In this document: piece after piece, positions 1 to 14,295 of the stretch
Numbering within the stretch: the first letter of the stretch is position 1
How the letters are laid out: the number at the start of each line of letters is the position of its first letter
DNA from: Octopus sinensis
Taxonomy: Eukaryota
Reading direction: 5' to 3'
Assembly (NCBI RefSeq): GCF_006345805.1
Contig: NC_043002.1
Location: 75,330,001 to 75,394,000, forward strand
DNA: 64,000 nucleotides
Position numbers and translations under genes: made by a program
Notes under the pieces: generated by a model
The model's input: the letters and a program-made list of their open reading frames with translations, nothing else
What the model was told of the DNA's origin: nothing
Databases searched by the model: none

Positions 1-269
1 AGGTCTTAACCTTAATCTCCTCAATAGAAGTCACATATTTTCTAAAGGGGGTCTGCTATCATGACATACTAATTTCCCAGAAATATGTGTGACATTATTG
101 ATAAGTTGAACTATTTTTTTTTTTTTTTTGGTTATTTTTTTCTTCCAATCAATAGTAGGTAAAACACTTAACTCTTTCTACTTCAAAAAGAAAACAAAAA
201 TAATCATACAACTGGCTATTTAGCTGCTGCTCTATTCCATAGAGACCGTTGTGTGTGTTTGTATGTATA

Positions 270-448
<179 letters not shown>

Positions 449-3163
449 AGTATCTGCATATAGTTCAGGTTCAAAAAGGTTTAGCAGGTGGCTTGAAGCA
501 ATAGCCATTGTTATATTTGTGTTGCATATGTTTTCAGATCAGATCAGATCAGATCAACTAAATTTCGATTGGTTGAGAATGGAGAATGCATTGAGTTGTT
601 AGCTTATAATTTTTATGTTGTGTCCACCACTCTATCAACACACCTGCACGCAGTATATTTCTTTCTCTCTTAAAATTCTATCATACCATTATGTAACTTG
701 GCCTGGGAGTTCATTTTTAGCTCCAAAAACACGGTACAGTGAAGTATGGCACTAGATGTTTAAAAAAAGAAAAAGAAAAAAGGAAGAGGCTAATAAATTA
801 TGTAGAATAATTTGAATTTTCAAGAATAGTTTGTTAATTAAAATCATGACCATGTGAATAGTGAGCATCAAGAGCACTTTTATCAAGAGCTATTCTTTCC
901 TGAATCTGTTATTTAATGATTGTAGAGCTTTGTGCATCTGGTCATCGTCATCACTAGCAGCAGTGGCAGTTTTATACTTGCTTTCCATATTTTTTCATTT
1001 TTGTTTTGCACATGTTTTTTCATCCCAAAATGAAGAAAATAGTATGCAAGCAAATTATTAGTATAAACGACTCAGTTTGGCAAAATATGCATGATTACTA
1101 ATTGTTGTGAACCCAGTTTAGCCAATAACAAAAAGTACGTAGAGGGGAGACAAATAGGCTTTAAAATTCATTAGTTACCTTAAAATGGACAATGCTGGAA
1201 TAATAGTTGTGTGTAGAAAAGAAATAGAAATCCCAATAATTAAAAGTTCTAGGTTCAGTTCTCAGGCCTAGCTCAGAGATCCAATATACCTAACTTCACA
1301 TCTGCCATGCTGTTCCCCGTGACTTCACTGTAACCAGGCTAATATGATTGACTGCAACTCTTTTAAAAGTGATGCCACAATCAACTGAAGCCAAGAAAAG
1401 AAAGAGAAAGTGGGTTTGTGTGTATGTGTAAGTACTTGTGGATGTGAGTAAGTAGTCAACCACACATACACACTTACATGCATCTACATGTTTTTTTTAT
1501 CAATATATATATATATATATATATATCATCATCATTGTTTAACATCCATATATATTATTACGACTGGTGTATCTCTAGGCACCCCACTTAATTCAATACT
1601 TTAAAATGCATTCTAATGAGAACTATTCATGCCTAATTAATTATTAGTCTCTGCTTAAAGTGTTTGTTCTATTAATATTAATTTCACAGATATTCATTTA
1701 TAAGTACTCTGAATAAATCACTTTTAAAAAAACTTCATCACGTTCTCGTAATCATTACAATTATTGTCATCATTAATTCCTCTGTGAATTCATATCCTAA
1801 CCTTAAACTCTGTATTTAAGTCTAAAGTAATCTTTCAGGTTACTCTTTTACTGTTCATCATCATTAAACATCTGTTTTCAATGTTAGTATTGGTTCGATG
1901 GTTTGATAAAATCTAGCAAGAGAGCTGCAGGGCTGTGTTGAACTCCAATGTCAGTGTCAGCTCTTGGTTTCTATGGATGGATGCTCTTCCTATGCCAACC
2001 ACTTTGCAGTGTGTACTGGGTGCCTTTTTCCTGCCACCAGCACTAGTGAGGTCATTATGTAACTTGCAAGACAAGAGAGAACAGGAAATGGGAAAAAGTT
2101 TATATACACCCTATCATATAGTACAATTCTACATGATGTACCAGACAAGGAATATGTCTGATATACACTATTTACCAAAGTTTTGTCCATACATAAGTAT
2201 CTAACCCTAATAAAATTGCTGGGCTGATCTACCACCTACCGTTTTAGCGCAAGAAAGAAGATAGTGTGTGTGTGTGTGTGTGTGTTCAAGAAAATCTTTT
2301 TTATTTTGATCATAGAGAGTCAGATATTAATCCTAAGAAATCAAATTTTCTTTGCATTATTAACTGAGACAACTTGCCTGATCCTTTCTGTATTCCTTTA
2401 GTTGATCACTATTTGTTGAACTGCTAAATTGGGAAACATAAATGGATACAACATATGCCAGTGTTTAGACCAGTTAGATACAAACACAAGTGCATGCACT
2501 TACACAGACATACTCTCTCTTCTCACTGCTCTCTCTCCCTTCTCTCCATCCATCTCCCCTTCTTTAGTTATTTGATTGTGGCCATCCTCTGAAATAGAAA
2601 TATCAGAGTATTAGATTAAAAATATATTTTCAGTATGTAGTTATCTCATAATGTCAACACTTCAGATTTATCCAGGTTTCATGAAAGAAATACCAGTTAC
2701 CTGCTAGGGTCTATTCATCAACTATACACACTTCTACAAATTTGTGTTAATGTGCCACTGTTACAAATTACACTTTTCCATCTCATGAGGGCCTATCTAT
2801 ATATCAAGTGTAGATGCACTGTCATTTAAAATAGCTATTCACAATCACTTGACATTTAAAAATTATTGTTATGATTATTTTAATTCTCTAAAAAGGAATA
2901 TAAATATAGTATTGATCAGTTTTGTATGGAAAAATAATGACTGTAAGCTCTCCGAACCCATTCATTCTATCATTGCAACCATTCTTCAGTAGCAACAATA
3001 AATATTTTAGTGAAATCTCATATTAATAACAGTTTTGAGTTATTATTCCAGCTTAAAGTGTGCTGCTTAGCGTCAACAATATTTACCTAAGCAGGAGGAG
3101 GATATTATGATATGGTGGAGGTCTGTGGATGGGCAGATGGGTGTGTATCAGGAGACGAGAGAT

Positions 3164-3234
<71 letters not shown>

Positions 3235-4362
3235 CGTGTGGTCACATTTGACTGTCAACTAAAGCAGTATGTCATTAGCTTGGTCAAGTAACAACAATCT
3301 TGCTGTAATTGATATTTATCTCCTCTCTCTGTGTCTGTCCATCAGGCCTGGTAAACGATGAGGAAATTAATGCTTTGCTCTACTAAAATACTCACCAGTC
3401 ATTTAAAGGATAGTTTGATTTATAGGTAGCTCTTTACTGGAATGATGTTGATTATAGGCATTATTGTCATTCAAGGAAGAATGAAAACAAAATTGCCAGT
3501 GATGGTGATGATGATCGCAATGGCAATGATGATAATGATCGGCTGTGCTGGTGGTGTTGCTGGTGCAAAAATCGATCCATCTCAATTAAAGCGTGTTTTA
3601 TTGAAAGCTTTCATTTCATTGTGTTTTCATATAGTGGCCATATGTGAATTGTGTGTAGAAAAGGATATGTTTCTATTGGGAAAAAATAACAGCAACAGTG
3701 ACAATACTTTACAATATGATACATTTTAGAATACAATCCAATGTCTGTTATTTTTTATTTTTTATTTTCTTTTTTGTTTTGAAGGACAAACCAGATACTT
3801 AATTCTATAGCCTACTCTCATGTGTTGCCTTTCTTTCTAAGAACGTTTTTGTCTTTCTTTTGTTCAAATTCCGTATCAGCAAAGCAATGTAATTAAACAC
3901 TACAAATGGTAAACAATGAACAAATTTAATGAAAACGTTATTTCTCGTAATTTTTGGAAGAGGTTTTTTGTTTTTCTTCTTACCAGGTTAGATACTGGAT
4001 AATTTCATGACTCATTTCTGTTGTTTTTGATATCTTCGCCTTCTAAGATCAGACATTTTGTGCCATCACCACTACTACCATCATGATGTTCTCTTTCTCA
4101 TGTTTGCATGGGTCATTTGGATTTTATTGAGGCAGATTTCTATGGCTGGATGCACTTCCTGTTCCAGACCTTTACTCATTTCCTAGCAACATATTATTTT
4201 TATCCCTTGACTGGACATATTTTCATGAAAAATTGGAAACAAATGACACCACTCATATGACAGTGATATTTGTTTGCACTATGTACAACGGTTACACCAT
4301 GTCAAGATGAGGAGGAACGAATGTATACGCACATATATGTGTATAGTCTGTGTGTGTGTGTG

Positions 4363-4738
4363 CTTTTATTTGTTTCAGTCATTTGACTGTGGCCATGCTG
4401 AAGCATCACCTTGAAGGGTTTTTTAGTTGAACAAATTGACCCCAGGACTTATTTCTTAAACCTAGTCCTTATTCTGTCGGTCTCTTTTACCAAATCATGA
4501 AGTTATGGGGACATAAGCACAACAACACTGGTTGTCAAGTGGTGATGGGGTGACAGACACAGCACAGGCACACACACACATAGATATATACATTAACACA
4601 CACAAACACAAATATACACATGATGTGTTTCTTTCAGTTTCTGTCTACCAAATCCTCTCACAAGGCTTTGGTCAGCCTGAGGCTATAGCAGAAGACACTT
4701 GCCCGAGGTGCCATGCAATGAGAATGAACCCAGAACCA
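4363..4738 (-). mobile_element. SINE family A (minus)
   Basis: Reverse complement of the tail (TTGTTTCAGTCATTTGACTGTGGCC), (CA)n linker and body through the B-box region. Confidence 0.8.
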
Positions 4739-4921
4739 TCATCATCATCATTTGATGTCTACTTTCAATGCTGGCATAAGTTAGATGGTTTGACTGAAAA
4801 CTGGTAAGCTGGTGAGCTGCACCAGATTCCAATCTGATTTGGCAAAACTTCTATGGATAGGAGCCCTTCCTAACACCAATCACTTCAAGAGTGTAGTGGG
4901 TGCTTTTACATGCCACCGGCA
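4737..4921 (-). mobile_element. RTE 3'-UTR fragment abutting a SINE head
   Basis: (CAT)n + TTTGATGTCTACTTTCAATGCTGGCAT...CCCTTCCTAACACCAATCAC...GGGTGCTTTTACATGCCACC. It begins where the SINE at 4363-4738 loses its A-box. Confidence 0.6.
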
Positions 4922-5880
4922 TCTAATGTAACCATGTGGTTATATATATAATATGATGAGGTTTTTTTTTCCATTTTCCATCTACCAAATCTCTTCACAA
5001 AGCTTTGGTGAGAGTGATACTATTGTAGAAAATACTCAAGGTACCTAAAATCATGTGGCTAGAAAGCAAACTTCTCAATCTTATGGCCACACCTGTTTAT
5101 GTATTACCAGAAAATACAACTCAACATACAGACCTATATTCCATTTGAGTGAAATGGATAAGAAATATAGTCAAGTTCTTTTCATTCAAAGTATACAAGT
5201 TTACTACTTACTCTGCATCTCTTTCATTCTGGCTGTGATGAAACGATTTTATAATTAAAGAATATTAAGTGAAATAATGACACTAACTGTCTGAAATCTG
5301 TTGAAACATCTCATCAGCCATGGCACTGTCGATGTAGTCTTTGTCTCATCATCTATACACTGTCTATTTCTCTCTCTCTCTCTCTTGCATATATGATGTC
5401 AGTACCTGCACTGGACTATGACCTGACCATATTGTATTACAATCACAAAACTAAGTCAGTTATGCAATGTATATCATTATAATATGACAGCTGCTTAAAT
5501 ACAACAAGAAATCTTTGGCAAACCAAACACAGAATCTGGTCTCAGTTACCAGTTAGAATCGGTTGATTTATACCATCATTAGTGCCATTTTGAAAAGTTT
5601 GAATCTTGCATCTTTTGCATAATTTATGTTATAAATTTTAACGAGAACAGAGGAAGTGATTTAAGTAGCTATGGTTTAAATAGTATCTGGTAAGTGTCAA
5701 GCTTAGAAATTTATTGTAATGGTGACCTAACTGGTTTTATAAGGGGAAATTTAAAAGATGGAACATTTCCTAGAAGTGTTGTTCAGAGGAGGAAAAAATT
5801 AGAGTAAGTGACATAGTGAGGAAAAGAATTTGGTGATGCATCATATGTGCTTAGTTAGTGTTTGCATAAGTATTGGTATG

Positions 5881-6203
5881 TGAAGATGTGTGACTTAGTG
5901 TTCAGGGTATTTGGCTCACAATTGTAAGATCATGAGTTCAATTCCTAGCAATGTGTTCTGTCCCCGAGCAAGACACTGTATTTCACATTGCGCCAGTCCA
6001 CTCAGCTGGCAAAAATGAGTAGTACCTGTTTTCCAAAGGGCCAACCTTGTCACACTCTGTCACGCTGAATCTCCCCGAGAACTATGTTAAGGGTACACGT
6101 ATCCACTTGCCACTTGCCACAAGCCACTTGCACGTTAATTTCACGAGCAGGCTGTTCTGTTGATTGGATCAACTGGAACCCTTGTCATAACCGATGGAGT
6201 GCC
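5881..6203 (+). mobile_element. tRNA-headed SINE family B
   Basis: Head TGACTTAGTGTTCAGGG...GAGTTCAATTCC; body TATTTCACATTGCGCCAGTCCACTCAGCTGGCAAAAATGAGTA...CCACTTGCACGTTAATTTCACGAGCAGGCTGTT. Colinear with 32535-32825. Confidence 0.75.
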
Positions 6204-7147
6204 AGTTATACTATTAGAAGGATCAATGCAAAAAGAAGTTATAGTTGATGATGAAGTGTGGGGAGAGTGGTGATGAATTTTAGCCCAGTCTGGGATCTTG
6301 GGTTTGGAGGGTGGTTGTGCATGTGATTTGCCTATCAACTAACAGGTATTTTTTCTTGGATTCACTCTCACAAGGTCTAATATGTATTCCATACCATATC
6401 ATCATGAAATCCTACAAAAATAAATATATTTTTGAAACCACAATGCAAAAATGAATATATTTTTGAAACCACAATACTCTTATCAACAGTGTTTAAACAT
6501 AGAGTAGAGGTACAGTTGGTATAACTGAGAATTGGATATGAGATATAGTTTCGTTTTGTTTTTACGACTCACATTGTTTAATTAGACTATCCCTGCTTCC
6601 AACCACCAAATGTGCATGGAATCTACCTAAATAGCTTTTGTCATTAGTTTCTGTAATATTGTATGTTTTTACAGATGTTGTGTTATTGACCCAGTGGCCA
6701 ACTAACTTTTCTTTCTTTCTTTCAAAGTTGGGTATTTTTTTATCTCTTATTTAAAGAGTGCACTGTTGTCAGTTTTACAGTAGTCATAGTACACAGAGTG
6801 GCATCTTCTAAGAGCTAAGTGGGGTTCAGTGGTCAAGAGCAGTGCATTCTGGTCTCAGATATGAAGTATTAGTGACAAATAACTTAGTCACTGGTTTGCT
6901 TGCTGCCCTATTGACTCACTGCACAAAGAGTTATAAACAAATCAATATTACAATGCTTTGATCCTTTGAAAATGAAGCTGGTTGATATTTCGATTCTAAA
7001 GAAGATACAACTACCTTTATGAGATACAAAATAATAAGGGTATTACTTAAAATTCTGTAACAAAAATATCTGAATCGCAATAAATTGTAAACTTCATATA
7101 TTAATAGGCAGGCCTACTTAACCTTGCTCAATTAAAGCAATTGTCGT

Positions 7148-7149
7148 AT

Positions 7150-7216
<67 letters not shown>

Positions 7217-7228
7217 TTTTATTTATTA
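7148..7228. repeat. (ATTT)n tetranucleotide microsatellite
   Basis: Directly visible. Confidence 0.95.
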
Positions 7229-7233
7229 TATAT

Positions 7234-7643
7234 AGGCATGGCTGTATGGGAAGACACTTGCTTCCCAACCACATGGTTGGGCAAATGTCTTCTACCATAG
7301 CCTCAGGCTGACCGAAGCCTTGTTAGTGGATTTGGTAGACGGAAACTGAAAGAAACCCATTGTAAATATATATGTGTGTGTGTGTATATATATATATGTA
7401 TATATATATAGTGTGTGTGTGTATTTGTCCCCCCTCCCACTCCACCATTTGACAACTGGTGTTGGTGTGTTTATGTCCCTGTAACTTAGCAGTTTGGCAG
7501 TGAGCTCAATAAAATAAGTACTGGGCTTAAGCAAAAGTATTAAAAAAAAAAGTACTGGGATCAATTCATTCGACTAAGAATTCTTCAAGCTGGTGTCCTA
7601 GCATGGCCGCAGTCTAATGATTGAAACATGCAAGAGATAAGAG
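7234..7643 (+). mobile_element. SINE family A
   Basis: Head lacks the B-box segment; body, (TA/TG)n linker and tail are present. It follows an (ATTT)n array. Confidence 0.8.
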
Positions 7644-8446
7644 ACCTGTGTTTATGGAGGGGGTGTGCTATTATCTCCTTGCCTTGACATCATTTGATAC
7701 TTGTAAATGAGTGGTCACTATCATACAAGCAGTGTTCTTTGTTTCCAATCTTTTGTGAAAAACTGGGGTAATACTGCCCTACATGGAAATGGTTATGGGT
7801 TGGCTACAGTAAAGGCATCTGCATGTGGAAAATCCACCTCAATAAATTCTGTCTGGCCCATGCGAGCATGGCAAAGTGGACATTAAAATTATGATGATTA
7901 TGATGATGGATATGATATATAAATTCAATAGAAAGAAGCGACACACATCAAAATGAATTTGTTGTTTGACATTCATTTCCCAGAAGATATCCATTTCACT
8001 TCATATATTCTGGAATTTTTTTCCTCTTGGAAAGGCATGAATGCTACAATATCCTATACCTCCTCCACCATATTATGTCTGAGTAGTTATGGCTGTTTTA
8101 GGAAATCAATATAATTCAATATAGCTCATCTTGGCTACGCCTGACTTCAAATGCTTCTCAGCCTTTCCCCCAAAACTGCTCCGACATCACTTACTGACTA
8201 TATAACCCAGTCTTAAGTATATAAAATAAATATATAAAGACAAACGAAGAGAAAGGAGTGAAAAAAATACACACACACATACACATGTGTGCGCATTTTT
8301 TTTTTTTTAAATATTAACAATAATCTTCTTAACTGTTGGCTGGATTAACTGATAAAGAATGTTTAATCTTTTTTTCCTTCTCTTTCTCTCTTTATATCAA
8401 GACATTATGGATGAATGGTGTGTGTGTATATGTATGTGTACATGCA

Positions 8447-8481
<35 letters not shown>

Positions 8482-9699
8482 GATATAAACTTAAATTTTT
8501 TTCCTTTTGTTTTTTTTGTTTGTTTTTTTTTTTTTACTTTTATAGTCTGCTAAAAGACTGTCATTCTATTGCTAGATCATACATTAATGAAATGTTTTAA
8601 GCTGAACACCCTTTGATTATTGTAGTCAATAAATTCCAGATCCTGCTTCCTACATTCGTAGAAAGAAAAACATATAGCTTTATTTATTTATTTATTCATT
8701 TATTTATTTATTCTAACTGCTGTTTTTTTTTTATATTTCTTAAAAATCACATATTTTATTGACATTAACTCCTCCTACTTAAAACAGAATCACATTTAAA
8801 ATGAAATATAAAGCCGAGAAGAATCAAACAATTTCTTACAAGCTGTTTTCTTTCTTTCCTTCCTTCTTTCTTTCTTTTCTCATATTTTTCTAATTTTTTT
8901 ATTTTTTTAAATTCAATTTTTATATTCTTATCTCCAATCTTTAAATCTCTGGTTAGGCATTAGGCAAACGCGTCGTGTACATTTTCTTCCAAATATAGTT
9001 TCCTGTGTAGGAAAATCTGACTTAGTGTTTTAGAAAGGATATATATATATATATTGTTTTTTTGAAGTGGTTTTCCATGCCCCTCCCCCCTTTTTTTTAA
9101 CACCCACAGGATGATGTGGTGGTGGTGGTGGTAGTAGTAATTTATTTTATTGGTCACAAGAGCCTTAGATATTGGGAACAATACATGAAGGGAATACAAA
9201 CACATATAAGAGGTGTTTGCATTGAGTAAAAAGAACTCGATAATAGAGATTTAAGCAATAAAAGAAAAAGTATTCCCACTAATAGAAGAAGACCACCTAG
9301 GGTAATTCTGGGGAAGCCCCATGCAAAGGCCCAGATTACTCTACCTTATCCTAGGTCTCAAAAAGCACCCTCACCCAATTTCACTCTCAGGATGTGACAT
9401 AACTCTCACCCAACTTTTGTCAAATACCCTGGAAAATTGCATCTCCCTCTCAATCTGCATATTTCTTTGCAATAATATTTTTAAAACTTAACAATTTTAT
9501 GGTGCTGTTACTACTAGCAATACCATTTGTAGTACCAGCTTAACTGTTAAGAGTTATGAGTTAAGTCACTTAGCTACAGATACCAATTTGTGTGGCTATA
9601 ATGAGATATGGTTCACTAGCCTCTCTTAACTAATTGTCAGTAACTCTGTATTTTCATTTAAGTAGATATTTTGATTTTTCTTATATTAGATAAACCAAA

Positions 9700-9960
9700 T
9701 CTGAAGAGGAACAGGCGTGATGACTCTGATATTGATGTGGTTGATGTTCAGCTTGAACATGTGTAAGCTAAAGTTTGCAAGAAAAGTGTAGGTAGAGAAT
9801 GAATTCTAGAGGGTTACAGTCCTGGAGTGGAAGGACTGAGCAACATATTTCTTGTAGGGTATCAGGGGTGAGACACTGTGATAGTGGGCAAGAAATGGAT
9901 AGATGGTTGGCTAAGTGGTTCTGAGTGGGGAGGGTATTAAGATAGACTGATGTAAGTATA
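9700..9960 (-). mobile_element. Degraded 3' end of a CR1/Jockey-group LINE
   Basis: Minus translation YVAQSFHSRTVTL*NSFSTYTFLANFSLHMFKLNINHINI resembles the SFF.RT..LWNSLP..VF....L..FK..+N terminal motif of these ORF2s. Confidence 0.6.
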
Positions 9961-11419
9961 GGAATAACTTTGCTTCATTGTCATATAGGTAAAATGAATA
10001 ATAAGGGCAATGCACTATGTAAGAAGTGTATTTAAAAAAAAAAAAAAAAATGAGAAAAAAACTGTTCCACTATGAAAATATCCAAATGTTACCAAATTAT
10101 CCCTCAAAATACTATGAAGCTCAGAAAAGAGTAATAAGATAAAATGAAATTACAGTAGCTTCCCATGGTTCTTTTGAAAGCTATAAGATTGTTGGAAGTT
10201 CATAGAGAACCATAGAATAGCATAAGTTCATTTCAAATTGTATTTTTTCTCAAGTGTTTGATTCTCAAGGTGGTATAAAGTCCACATCGGCAGTACTGAA
10301 GGTGTACTCTTAGGGAGAACATCTTTGAAAGCTATATTCTTTGTTATAATACACTTGTCATTTGTACCTTGAGTGTTGTTGTCTTATTTTTTTTTTTTTA
10401 TCTTTGTGCCAAAAAGTGAATGTGCTTCAGAAAAGAACTACATACAATTGTCTGTGTGAAAATATTGGTTCATTTCTCTTCACCTTTCTATTGTGACTAT
10501 GTTATTAAAATTATTGAAAAATGTGTTGAAAGAATACAGTATATATCAAACACTTGAAAATAATCTTGAGTGTAGAAATCAAAGACACATTGTAGCTATA
10601 TTATTATTCTGTTATGATATGACTATATTGTTAATGCTGTATGAATTCTTAATATGTTGTTCTACAACTTTATTTTCATATCAGATTTGAACCCTCAGTC
10701 TCAGTGAATAAAGCATAGTAACTACTTTCTTCTGAGCTATGGTTTTGTGTGTGTTTCTTACTCATGTTGAAATGTTGAGTCAGTAATACATTTTGTTTTC
10801 AACTTCATTCAGTAATTGGACATTACATATGTAGATGGTAACAGAATAATACTATAGATGAAATGAAGCTTAAAATGATGATGATGATGATAATAATAAT
10901 AAGAAGAAGAAGAATTATTACTTTTAAACTCAAAGTAATTATTATAATATGCCTTGTCCTGCCAGGGTTAAACTTTACCTTTGATTATTCTGTTGTGGTT
11001 GTCAATAAAATAGATAACCAGTCAAGTACTGAAATCAATAGTAATTTGTGTTGTGGCTTTGTGCCTATGCTAGAATCATTATCTAAATGTGCTTGCAATG
11101 ATTGTGATTAATTAACATTGAAGATCCCAAGTAGTTTACTACAAACATCTACCCTGACTTAGCTGATCTCTGAAAATCGGTTCAAAGATGAGAAGGCAAG
11201 AACTTTCTGGAACATCTTCTCTCTCTTTCTCTTTCTCTCTTTTTCTCTCTCTCTCTCTCTCTCCCCTTCCAATCCTACTGCACCTCCAGTATAAAAATGA
11301 ACAATCAGACAAACACAACAACTTTGAATATTTATCTCACTATTGAACCAACTAAATCTCTCTTCAACAACACTGCATGATTGTCTAGTTGTAGTTACAT
11401 AAGAAGTATAAAGAACAAG

Positions 11420-11444
11420 CCAATAAATTCTCTATTCTCATTCT

Positions 11445-11506
<62 letters not shown>

Positions 11507-11588
11507 ACATGCATACACTTTGTCTTTGTCCCTTTCATTTTCTGTTCACCCCCACTTCTCCCAATCTGTCATTTTCTGTCTCTGCCTG

Positions 11589-11685
<97 letters not shown>

Positions 11686-11700
11686 TATATATATTTGTCT
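11420..11700. repeat. Compound (CT)n/(TA)n microsatellites
   Basis: Directly visible. Confidence 0.9.
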
Positions 11701-13053
11701 TTGTAAGTATCTCTTTCTTTCTCCCTCTTTCTGTCTTTGTCTTGTTCTTCCATTCTAACTTTATCCTGCTCTCTTTCTGTCTTTGACATTCTCTGTCTGT
11801 CTCTCTCTCTCTCTTCTTTCCTGACGTCCTTCTCACTCTCTCTTTCTACCTCTTTGTCTCACTTACTTTCTCTATATTTCCCTACCTTAGTCTGTATGAA
11901 ATAAAGAAATCAGCCAAGAAACAAAGTAATATCAAATTTAAGAGCTGCTGTAGAAATAAAACTTTCATTGCTGCTTATGTCTTCTTTTTACTATATTAAG
12001 TCCTGTAGAGCTTCTCTCTCTTCCTGCTGCTAGCCTTTATTTCTGCATTTAATTATTCACCTATTCTTGCTGATCACATTTTACTTCCAATAGTTTTTCA
12101 CTGTTTACTGTGGCTCCTTACTCCTGCTGATTACTGAGCAATACTTACAATAGACATTCTTGCTGCTACTAACACTACTGATGATGATGATGATCATGTT
12201 ATTTGACTTACTAGTCTTGGTTCAGTTGCCCATAAATACATTGATATTGTACATATATATATATATATATATATGAATAATCATCATCGTTTAACGTCCA
12301 CTTTCATGCTGTATATATGCATACACACACATATATATACACATATATGTATGTGTGTATGTATTGTCAGCATTATACACATGTATAGATATTCAAGACA
12401 CATATACACACACACTGTCTCTTTCTTTTCAGTAGATTTCCACAATAGTTGGAAAAGTAAAAAGACAAGATGGCCACTTGTCATGTGATGTGTGACTTTA
12501 CTAGTACTTTGTTGGTTGCCCTGAAAATAGCAAAAATTTCCATCCATTGTCTGCAAGGTGAAAAGTAGTTCTGTTTTTCTATTCATTGTCATTATGTGTT
12601 TGTGTGTGTGTGTGTGTGTGTATTTGGATATGGTATTTTTTGGGTAAACATAAATTGCTCAATTTTAAATCATTATTAAACGAAGTGGTTCATTTCAAGA
12701 TAGACTGTGTGGTTCACATATGTCTTTATTTTATTTATTTATTTTTTTTTTTGTAAGTTTGAAAGCTCCAGTATATAGTCACAGATTGCAATGTGGTGCA
12801 TTCTTTGTGTTGTTTGGAAGTTTGCATCTTTAACCATTAAGAAAGTCCGCTGAAGATGACTCTGTCCATGAAAAGATGTAATGACCGACAATACATGCAT
12901 GCACACACACATGCATGCACTAAAGCTTACAAGTACATATTGAGTGCTTTGGGTTTTCACACATGCAAAAAGTGCAGCATCTATTTGTAATGCACACAAA
13001 ACAAAAATGGGTAAAGTGAAATAAGTTAGTGGCCAGTGACATAAATTTGATCA

Positions 13054-13225
13054 ATCATCATCATCATCATTTAGTGTCCATTTTCTATGCTGGCATGGGT
13101 TAGAAAGGTTGATTGGAACTGGTCAGCTGGAGAGCTGTACCAGGCTTCAGTCAGGTTTGGCTTGATTTCTACAGCTAGATGCCCTTTCCAATGCCAATCA
13201 TTGAAATTGCCTTCCAGGGAAGGTA
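13054..13225 (-). mobile_element. RTE 3'-UTR fragment (minus)
   Basis: (CAT)n followed by TTAGTGTCCATTTTCTATGCTGGCATGGG...CTACAGCTAGATGCCCTTTCCAATGCCAA, the reverse complement of the family. Confidence 0.65.
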
Positions 13226-13686
13226 AAACAATTGCCTGGTGGCAAGGAAGGGGAGACAATCTCCAAACTTAAGCATTCTCTAGAATTGATATGCCTTTAA
13301 GGTAAAAGAGTGATGGTGAGAGAAAAATTGACTACATGTGCTTCAACTTCACTAGGCTTCATACAAATAATCCCCCCCTACACACACGCACACACACACA
13401 CACACATTGTGTTTGTTTAGTAGAGTCCACTCTGTTACCAGCGCTCTGACCATGACTTCATTACAAGGTTAGCTCAATATCTTGATGTGGTGCTTCCTGC
13501 TGGAGCAACAATGCACGATTTCTACTCACCCCTGCTGTCCCACCTTCATGTTGGTGGGGGTGGCTGCAAAGGTCAGTCATAACCGCTGACCTTCATCCTC
13601 TAAACATGCACCATCCCCACCCACTAAAGAACAAAAACAAAAAAAAAACACTTCTACAGATACATACACATACATATACATACATG

Positions 13687-13727
<41 letters not shown>

Positions 13728-13989
13728 TCTCTCACTCATGCCCAAACACATATGTATGCATGCAAACACATGTGTCTGTGTGTATATATATATGTGTATG
13801 TGTATATAAATATATGTGTATGTGTATATAAATATATGTGTATGTGTAATGTAATAAAAAGTAAATGAAAAGACCAAAAGCAATCATTTTTAATAAATGC
13901 TACACTGACTATCTGACATTATCTATGGTTATTATATCAGCTTTGCTTGTAATTGCTATTTGGTCATTGGCACACATTCTGTTTATCTG

Positions 13990-14061
13990 TATTTGCTGTT
14001 GTATGTATGTGTGCATGCATGCATACACAAACACATGCACATATGTGTGTGTGTGTATGTA

Positions 14062-14109
<48 letters not shown>

Positions 14110-14295
14110 CACATACACACATATATATATATATATATTTGTGTGTACATGTATATATGTGTGCGTGTACCTATGTGTGTGTGCATATATATTTGTACAT
14201 ATGTGTGTGTGCATATATATTTGTACATATGTGTGTGTGCATATATATTTGTACATATGTATGTGTGCATATATATGCATACATATATATGTTGT
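13990..14295. repeat. (TG)/(TA) compound array including a ~28-bp minisatellite (GTGTGTGTGCATATATATTTGTACATAT x3)
   Basis: Three near-identical units at ~14170-14260. Confidence 0.9.

Noticed and set aside
3346-3386. Strong plus-strand acceptor followed by LVNDEEINALLY-stop
   Set aside because: Too short to distinguish from chance and no upstream partner exon.
13418-13580. GC-richer plus-strand open frame (RSDHDFITRLAQYLDVVLPAGATMHDFYSPLLSHLHVGGGGCK) with AAG|GTCAGT donor and a small hairpin
   Set aside because: No recognisable domain. Comparable splice-like signals exist on the opposite strand, so it may be a TE fragment.
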